From the NCBI GenBank assembly GCA_964247055.1, contig OZ176052.1, positions 8,494,001 through 8,558,000 of the forward strand: a stretch of DNA of 64,000 nucleotides, in the 5' to 3' direction. The notes beneath the pieces are model-generated. The model was not told the origin of the DNA. It saw nothing but the letters and a program-made list of their open reading frames with translations, and searched no databases. The position numbers were made by a program, and so were the translations under genes. The DNA comes from Paragordius varius (Eukaryota; Animalia; Nematomorpha). This document shows, piece after piece, positions 47,861 to 64,000 of this stretch. Position 1 is the stretch's first letter; each line of letters begins with the position of its first letter.

Positions 47861-48987
47861 GGCTATTCAGACTACCAGACTTATTCATACACCGCGATTT
47901 CGGCCATTTGTTTAAGCTGGCCAATATTGAGTTTAGTTTTTGACTGTTTTGCCTCTTCACACCTGTCTAATTTGCCAGCTTGTTAAGATTACAGCTTCAC
48001 GTAATTTAAATAATAGGAAAATAGAAGTTAAAAAAATAATTCATAGATAAACATATATTAGGATGCGGATGTAGGTTTATACCGGCTTATAAACATTGTA
48101 AAAAAAGTTTGACAATGTACTTAAGTTTGAATTAGCTATAAAATAAAAAATAATTCTTAGTCGACAAAAAATCTTTAGAGGAAGGCGAAAATCCCTAAAA
48201 TATAATATGTATTTTATGCTTTCTTAGCGCATTTTTGGATCGTGCGGCAATTTATTTTTTATTTTTTTGCAAACTTAAGGGTTAAAATCACAAACGATTT
48301 AACTCTTGTAGTTTATTATCACTTTTGATAATTTTTTTAACACATGTGTTAGAACAAAATTTGTATATTAAAATGCGTAAAAATTTAAAATCATAAATTG
48401 TGAATATAAAATTCAACACACTCATCTCAAATTCCTTCTCAAATATGCCACAAAAATATTAAAAACTGGCCAGCCAATCAGTGTTTAAATATGGCTTTTA
48501 CTTTTTTGTAAATGATACAATGGCCAAAAATATTTGGATTTAATTACCCTATTTTGTTATTTAATGCAGACAAGGCTAAAATTATTACCTAGGACCAAAC
48601 AACATAATTAGGTTAACAAAATATATTTAAGGAATTCAAAAACATACTTTTTATATATGACAATTTCATTCAATTTTACAAAATGAAACAGCGTATATGT
48701 GTCAAAAATGTTAAATAGAATAAATTTTAACCTATTTTTTGTTTTAAATAGTTACGTTTTTATATTATTTAGTATCATGGTCAAATTAAATGACAAAATC
48801 CGGCCTAATACGAATGCAGGTTATGAGGACACAAAGTGGCGCAAAAATATATAAAACTTCCATTTTCTACGTATATAACATTATATATATTTTTTTCACA
48901 TTTAATAATTTTAATAACATCGTTTATTTGAGATAAATATCTATAAATTTGTGATAGCCTTGCCACATAAATTAAAGATTAGTTGAT

Positions 48988-51900
48988 ATGGGACCTTCTA
49001 ACAGCTCTCGGAAACTTACGACGATTTTTGCGTCAGCATGTTTCCTTATAGTAATGATAACATGCTTCGTAATTTTACCCTATTTTTACAGTCAAATGTC
49101 GAGTCTTAAAACTGAACAAAAAATTATTGTGGAAGATATGATTCATTCTTTGATGGAAAAACAAGTGATTGTCGAACAAATGGAGGCCGAACTCAAACGA
49201 TTAACGGTAATTAAAATGTTACTAAAGAAAAGTAATTTTACCAATGATTAACTTTACATTGACATAACCTACATTTGAAGCAAGCATATTAATGTATATG
49301 GAAACTATTGCAAATAATCCTTAAACTGTAACTATACATTACTATAGATAAAATATAAACATACCAATTTATTTTTTATAATCTTGATAGTTATAGGAAA
49401 TGGTAAATATAATCACGTATGGCTAATACTAGTTTTTATACATACGATCATATTGAAAAACATAAATTAAGTTTGAGGTTGTTTTTTGTTTCGCATCAAT
49501 TCAATTTTACAACCACACATGAGTTTGCATTATTATCCAATTAATTTTAATCACTCATATATATACAATTGAATAAAATAATTAGGAACTTAAAGAGAAA
49601 ACTTTGGCAAAAAACGGGAAAAGCCGCCGAATTGCTCAATACAAACGCTCAAAACGGAGTGCTGAAAGTGAGACAGCAGAAGTTGCCAACCCTGATGCAT
49701 TAACTGGTATTTCTTTAGTTTAGCGATATTTGTTTTAATAGATCCTAGCATATAATTATTAAAATATTTCTCTCCTCCAGATAAATCATCAGTGACCGAT
49801 AGTAAATCTGGATCATTGAGCGAACGTAGCAAGCGGACTGATTATCATCACAGTTATGATGATTACGGTGAACCACGTGGGACGAAAGATGTCGAAGCTG
49901 GCAGAGATGATGCAAGATACATTGAATTGCTCAGAAATTTACAACAAACTGGTAAACATTATATCACTTAACAAAAAAATATATTTATATATTCCAATCC
50001 ATTGTGTTTTAAAAATATATTTTTTTGTTGGACATAGGCGGGATTGTTGAAGTAGATTGCGGATGCCCAAACGGAAAGCCAGGTGAACCTGGTCCCCAAG
50101 GACCAGCAGGTAGCGCAGGTCAACCTGGAAGTCCCGGAAAAGATGGACAGCCTGGTCGACCAGGCCATGACGGACAACCAGGCAAACCCGGTCCAGATGG
50201 AAAACCAGTAATGAATTGATTAAAAATTACAAAAATTAGATTAAAGTCAAAGCTATAAATTGAAAACGCCCTTATTTGATGGTTAACATATTAATATTTT
50301 GTAAAGAATCTCATTATGCCTCCCTATTTTATTGGACTTTGGTGCGCATAAATTACCAATGTTGTCAATTAATTATAGGGCCCTGCCGGACCCCCAGGTC
50401 GAAATGGTAATGATGGAAGACCAGGAAACGCTGGACAAAATGGTCGCCCAGGACCAGACGGACAGCCAGGTCGAGATGGCCAACCCGGACGTGATGGACA
50501 AAACGTATGAAATAAAAGAATTTTATTGATTATTAATTCCCTAAAAACACTTTTTTTATATTAAACGATTTGATTTGAAAAAGAATAATTACTTAACTGT
50601 TTCCAAAATATAGGGTTCCCCTGGTAGAGACGGTGAACCGGGTCGTGATGGCGAGCCAGGATCCCCAGGCGAACCTGGAAAAGATGGTGGAGATGGAGAA
50701 CCAGGAAAGCCAGGTCAAGATGGAGCCCCTGGACCAAGAGGACCCGGTGGACCTAAAGGTATGTTAGTGTACATAGAACACATTAATTAGTAACTAAAAA
50801 TTGAATTAAATTACAACACAAATTTTGTGAATTAGAGTAATAAAGATAAAACGTAAAAAGTGAAAAATTAATATTTATTTTAGAAAATCATATATTTTAT
50901 AACTTTCTAAAAATATTCTATAGTTTTGGGTTTTAAATGTATGATGTGGTACTTTTTGTATCGCAACAGTAATTATATAGTTAAATAGGAAAAATTAAGA
51001 AAAAATATGGTAATTTTTATAAATATGTCTTTTAATTTTGTATCTCTTTAAAATTTTAACTTTCAATTAATTAATAGAAGGTTTTGTTAGCAAATATATA
51101 TTTGCCTTTTTATTAAAAAGCAATGTAAAAAATATAATCCAACGATTTTAATATCTTCAGCATTTATGTAATACTAAAATGCAGATAATTTCATACAATT
51201 AACTATAAAAAATGGTTAAAATATACAATATAAATACATCATGTTATCATAGGTGTCGATGGCCAACCCGGAATCCCTGGCCGTGATGGTCAACCTGGCA
51301 AAGATGGGCTACCAGGAAAACGTGGTCGTGACGGGAATCCCGGGATTGATAGTAAGGGTCCAGGACCAGCTGGTGATGCTGGAACACCGGGGAGAGATGG
51401 ACAGCCTGGTTCGCCAGGACCTGACGGTAAACCCGGAAGAGACGGGAACCCAGGACGCGATGGCCAACCAGGAAACCCTGGAAAGGATGGAGCTTCTGGT
51501 TCCCCGGGTATTGATGGCCCACCCGGCAAAGACGGTATCCCAGGCCAACCTGGTAAAGATGGACCAGCCGGTAACCCTGGCCGAGATGGGAAACCTGGTA
51601 TCCCAGGCAAACGTGTAAGTTAAAAATCATTATTACCCGTAATTAATGACTTTAAGTATTTTATTTAAAATAAAAATTTTATATGTAAATAAAGGGATCC
51701 CCTGGAGATGCCGGTCCTGATGGTAAAGATGGCTTGTCAGGAAAACCAGGTAGAGATGGAATCCCAGGCTCAGATGGTAAGCCAGGTGTTGATGGACGTC
51801 CTGGAGAAAATGGATTGCCCGTATAAATTTTGTTATTTTGTTTGATTCAAGGCAATCCCAAAAACAATAATCTAACCACTATGTTTTTGTTCATTCTTAT

Positions 51901-53873
51901 CAGTATTGTTATAATATATATTATGAATGAGGGCATAAATTCAAATCTTATGCACAGGGTTTAGACGGAGATGCCGGTAGAGATGGAAGAGATGGGGCTC
52001 CAGGCAACAAAGGCCGGGATGGGTTACCAGGAGTCGACGGAAAACCTGGCAAAGATGGCCGCCCAGGGAGTCCGGGAAAAGCTGGTTCTAAAGGGCCTAA
52101 AGGAGAATCTGGAGCACCCGGTGCCGACGGTCATCCAGGAATCCCAGGTATAATCAAATTTTTCACATTCACAATTGAACTAACTATTCATTTTTTTGAT
52201 CAATGCAATGTAAATGGGTGATAAATATATATATTTGTTAATTAATTTGGCCAGTTTTATTTAAATAGGGAGGTTTTAAGTAACTTCGGATGTTTTAAAT
52301 TATTGTACAGTTACAATGTTTGACGAACGTAATTTACATATTGTATAGTTTGATATTTATATTCAATATTTTTCCCTAAATTTAGATTCTCTACCAATAT
52401 AATTTTACATATACCCATTGTTAATTCCTATAAAAATTTCTTACATGGTTTGTAAATGGCTCGTTTATAAGATTGAATTACATGTATGATTATTAACCTT
52501 GTAGGTAATGATGGTCCCCCCGGACCCAATGGCGAACCCGGTCCACCAGGCTCACAAGCAGGTAATCCCGGTCGTCCTGGCAACGATGGCCGTCCCGGAA
52601 GTCCAGGGCCATCAGGGGCTCCTGGTCCGCGTGGAAAAGCTGGGAATCCAGGCCAACCTGGAGGCGCAGGCTCTAAAGGCGATTCAGGAATCCCAGGGAA
52701 AGATGGTGAGTCCGGAACTCCAGGCTCACCTGGGCAAGATGGTCAACCTGGATCAAATGGAACACCTGGCCGTTGTCTCAATGAATGTCAAGCCGATAAC
52801 AGGAAAATTAGTATATAATCATTTTTTTTATTTTAATACTTTTAGGGCTATTAATTTTGGTTTTAGTCCATTTGTTATTTTTATGGGCTTATTCAATTAT
52901 TTTGGTTTTATTTTTAAAGCTTTGTGTGGTGGTTCCGTTTATGTTCATTATGGTAAAAAAACTTGTGCCGAATCGGAGACAAGAGCCCAAGTTGTATACA
53001 GTGGTTACATTGCAGGCGGTCATTATGCAGATAATTATCCAGGTGGTGGCCACAATTATCTGTGCTTACCCGAAAATCCCAACTTTGAGAAGTAATATTT
53101 TTTAGTTGATCAAATAAAAGTCTAACCAAATTTTGAATTATCAGAGAGATCACTGTGTTTTAACTTAAAACACAACCTAACAAACTGCTTCTTATATTAT
53201 AAATACAAATTATCAAGTCTAGATAATATTTTTTAATTATAGTATTATATGGCTCTATCATTTTACGCAGTTACATCGAAGGCTTTTCTTCGGGCGATGA
53301 CAACGAAGGCGGATCCAGAATTTACGGTGCTGAATATCGTGTATATCCAGAAGCTTCTCCATTCATTGGTGTAGAAGGAAACATTAAGCAGAAACAGGCT
53401 GTTTGCGCCGTTTGTTACACCAGTCATATGTGCCATCATGTTATGATTCCGGGAGCTGTAGAATGTCCAAGAGGTTCATAATTTTTAAATGTCACTGATT
53501 TTTACGATGTTTAAATTATTAATTTAATATAAACCCTATTTCCGCAATTAAATTAAAAACTAATCACGCGCGTTTTAAAGATTCATTCTACGAAAATCAT
53601 GCTAATACAGATTTTATAAAGTAATTTTTATATGTATTATATATCAATTATTTAGGTATGGTTAAGGAGTATGGTGGCTACCTTATGGCCCTTAACAACA
53701 AATTTTGCCGTTCACAATACATTTGTGTGGATGAAAGCCCAGACTACCACATAGATATTGATAACGCTGGGGATGGAAGTGCTCTTTACATCGTTGAAGC
53801 TAAATGTGGTGCTTTGCCTTGCAATTCATACCCCGATGGTCGTGAAATTGCATGCGTTGTCTGTGGAAAATAA
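48988..53873 (+). CDS. type II transmembrane collagen (about 842 aa) with cuticle-collagen-like N-terminus and spongin short-chain (C4-like) C-terminal domain, 13 exons
   Basis: Exons 48988-49206, 49586-49706, 49781-49951, 50038-50207, 50379-50504, 50614-50758, 51253-51614, 51695-51820, 51958-52147, 52505-52810, 52920-53091, 53271-53473, 53656-53873 (2529 nt, phases consistent). Domain order: TM segment, coiled-coil-like stretch, RSKR twice, DCGCPNG, about 150 Gly-X-Y triplets, GRCLNEC, then [95 protein letters not shown]. Confidence 0.9.
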
Positions 53874-55437
53874 ATTTAAATTATTTACAAAACTATTTTA
53901 TTTTAATTTGGTAGATGTATAATAATATTTTTTTATTATTACGCTACACATATATCTATGCATTTATACCTTACCATTTTTATTATTAATGTTATTGATT
54001 AAGTATTGCAAAATAGGTCAAGCACCATTTAATAATTTGATTCTATTCTTTTTTCATATGTACCAATATATAATATATTAGTAATTAGAATAAATAATTG
54101 AGCATCCCATATTTGTATTTATATGATTTTAAAACAAGATTAAAATAAACATGAAAAAAAATATATTGCGGTTTTTGTATTAAAAATTATATGTCTAAAT
54201 ATATAATCTATCTGATTAGCAGTATACTTAATAGGAGGTGGGTCTGCTACACCCTTTTCTTGATACTCCATGATAATAGGGTTAAACAATAGCGGATAAA
54301 GTGATACTAAGTTGTATTGATAGTAAGAATATTTGTTAATACCGTGTTCACATTTAGAAATTAGGACTTAGGATTGGCAATAATAGATTTTGATGATATT
54401 TTCCTACTTTATATTTAAATTTCGTCTAGAAATTGACATCAAATCGCTTGAGACAAAATACAATAAATTTGAATTTTTTTAAAAAACAGCATATAAAATA
54501 TTTTTTGTGGTATTTAGCAAAATTTTCCTTCAGTTTAACTCAATATTTTGTATCTAAAATAATCCCAAATTAATATTATCAGATTACTCTAGTTAATGTT
54601 AGTTAACGAATTAAAAAAAATATTTATCTGTGTAAAATAAATGAATATATTTATTAAATATTATGATTGAAAGATAAAGTGTTATCATTGGACACGATGG
54701 ATACATAACATATGTGGTGACTTTTAAGGTTATAAAAATGGGAGGTCTGAAATTTATAAAAAAATATATTTTAGTTATTTAAATTTAGGTATAAAATTTA
54801 ATTTTAGGGTAAATTGAGTTTCAATATATTAAAACAGCTTCTGAATTATTATTATGACTAAGTTAGTGTATTATATTTGTAAATTTGTTCTCATTTAGAA
54901 TTCAGAATACTCAAAATAGAGATTTCTTATGCATGATTAAAGCAAGAACGAGTAATATTTATATATAAATTGCACATGGTTTTGATGATGAGATTTTAAT
55001 GATTAGAAAAATTTTGGATTAAATTGTAATAAGTAAAAAAATAAGTATAAACAAAGGTTATGGTTAAAATATAATTATAGGATAAACCGGTATATATGTG
55101 TAATTCGCTAAAATATTAATAAAAAATGGCAAATATGCAATCGATAAGCTAAGCATGTATGGGAAAAACATAATCATTATACATTCATAAATTATAAAAT
55201 TTCATATATATATTTAGTAGTTATTCAAATACAAATGTATTTACAATAATTATTTGGGTAATTATGTTTTCAACCATTCATTTATACCCATAAACTTAGT
55301 TTCGGTAAACTTAAAAAAGGAACACGAGTGCGTATACATGTGAGACATTTTTAACACAAAACCCCAAACTAATTTAGCTTAACATAAAAAACTCCCACAC
55401 TGTTGTATTGTAGAGTATAAATAAATAAATAAATAAA

Positions 55438-62953
<7,516 letters not shown>

Positions 62954-64000
62954 CTGTATGCAAAAAAATGATTTTTTTGTATATCACTAATCCTGCGTTT
63001 AAAATGGTAGTATTAAATTAAGAGATATATAATTTTCCTTTGAAATAATTGCAAATATAATGAGAAACGAGAGATCCTTTGTCCTAAAAAAACTGTTTAT
63101 AAAGTCAATATATTATATCAAATAAAATATTTAATTAAAAGTTGTCAATTATTGCAGTACTAATATATATTGAATAAAGAATAAAAGATGTCAAAAAATG
63201 TTAGCTTTTCATTAAATAAAACATTTAATTTGCCAAATAATAGCTTGATTGAAATTACTCTTAAAATTTTGTTCTATTTATGGTAAAATATTTAAGATAC
63301 CAGCTCGGCAGGAGGTATAACACAGTTACGATTATAATCTATATTTTTTGTTGTTTCATGAAAAAAAATTTTTAGTAAGCATCTTTATATAAATGTAAAA
63401 GTTATTTTGGCAAACAGATATTTTTAATCAATTATAAAAAAACAAAAAGATGCGTCCAAAACAATTTATTTGAATCACTCTTGCAAAGGGTCGGCTCTGA
63501 CCGGTTATAAAAATCAATAGTGACCGTGACTATGATCGCTTGTAAAAGCGAGTAAAATTAATATAAAATTATAGTATATACCAAAAAATGTTAAAATTTT
63601 GTCAAATTTTCATTATATGTTATTACTATATATAGGTAGAATAAATGATTTCACGCAAAAACTGATGAATATCCCAAAGAAAAAAATGATTAGCACCTGA
63701 TTAAAAAAATATGTAATTCACCATATTTTTTTAACCATGTGCTAATCATTTTTATATTTTGGATATTCATTTGTTTTTTCGTGATAATCATTTATTAATC
63801 TTACCGTATTTTTACACTATTATAACCAATTTAAACGGTTAACTTTCTGTTGTTTGGTTTAGTTGAAGCAAACATTTTACAGCGGTAGTTATGACTGTTT
63901 ATGATTATGAAAGCCTGCATTTATAAGCAGACAGAGCGATTCTCTTTTTTACTAAAAACTAAACCCTACCGGCACCTTTATACTGTGTTTTGTTGATTTT

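Noticed and set aside
51247-51630. Pro/Gly-rich antisense ORF ([11 protein letters not shown]..) and alternative-frame ORFs over the collagen
   Set aside because: An expected by-product of GGN-CCN codon repeats in Gly-X-Y DNA; no independent start or splice context.

Overview
AT-rich invertebrate (animal) nuclear DNA. The species cannot be identified from the sequence; a cuticle-bearing worm such as a nematomorph is only a guess based on the collagen. Seven spliced protein genes can be reconstructed by hand: KANK (+, 5' end off-window), CDK12/13 (-), pyrroline-5-carboxylate reductase (-), diphthine synthase DPH5 (+, absent from the supplied ORF track), TIMM29 (-), a transmembrane collagen with a spongin-type C-terminal domain (+), and a novel PKC epsilon/eta (-, 5' end off-window). 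Between them lie blocks of nested, decayed transposons: several hAT families with intact 8-bp TSDs, TTAA/piggyBac-type MITEs, a non-autonomous Helitron carrying a ~160/320-bp tandem array, RTE LINE fragments and a Mos1-like mariner. The main surprise is a second class of GT-AG introns only 21-29 nt long: all 7 DPH5 introns, 2 PYCR introns and probably 1 CDK12 intron. All other reconstructed introns are >=57 nt. Nine of the ten tiny introns lie in an ultra-compact PYCR-DPH5-TIMM29 island, where the DPH5 and TIMM29 stop codons overlap in a single TTAA. The second highlight is a collagen joining a nematode-cuticle-collagen-like N-terminus to a spongin short-chain (type IV NC1-related) C-terminus. 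All exon calls are manual and need RNA-seq confirmation.
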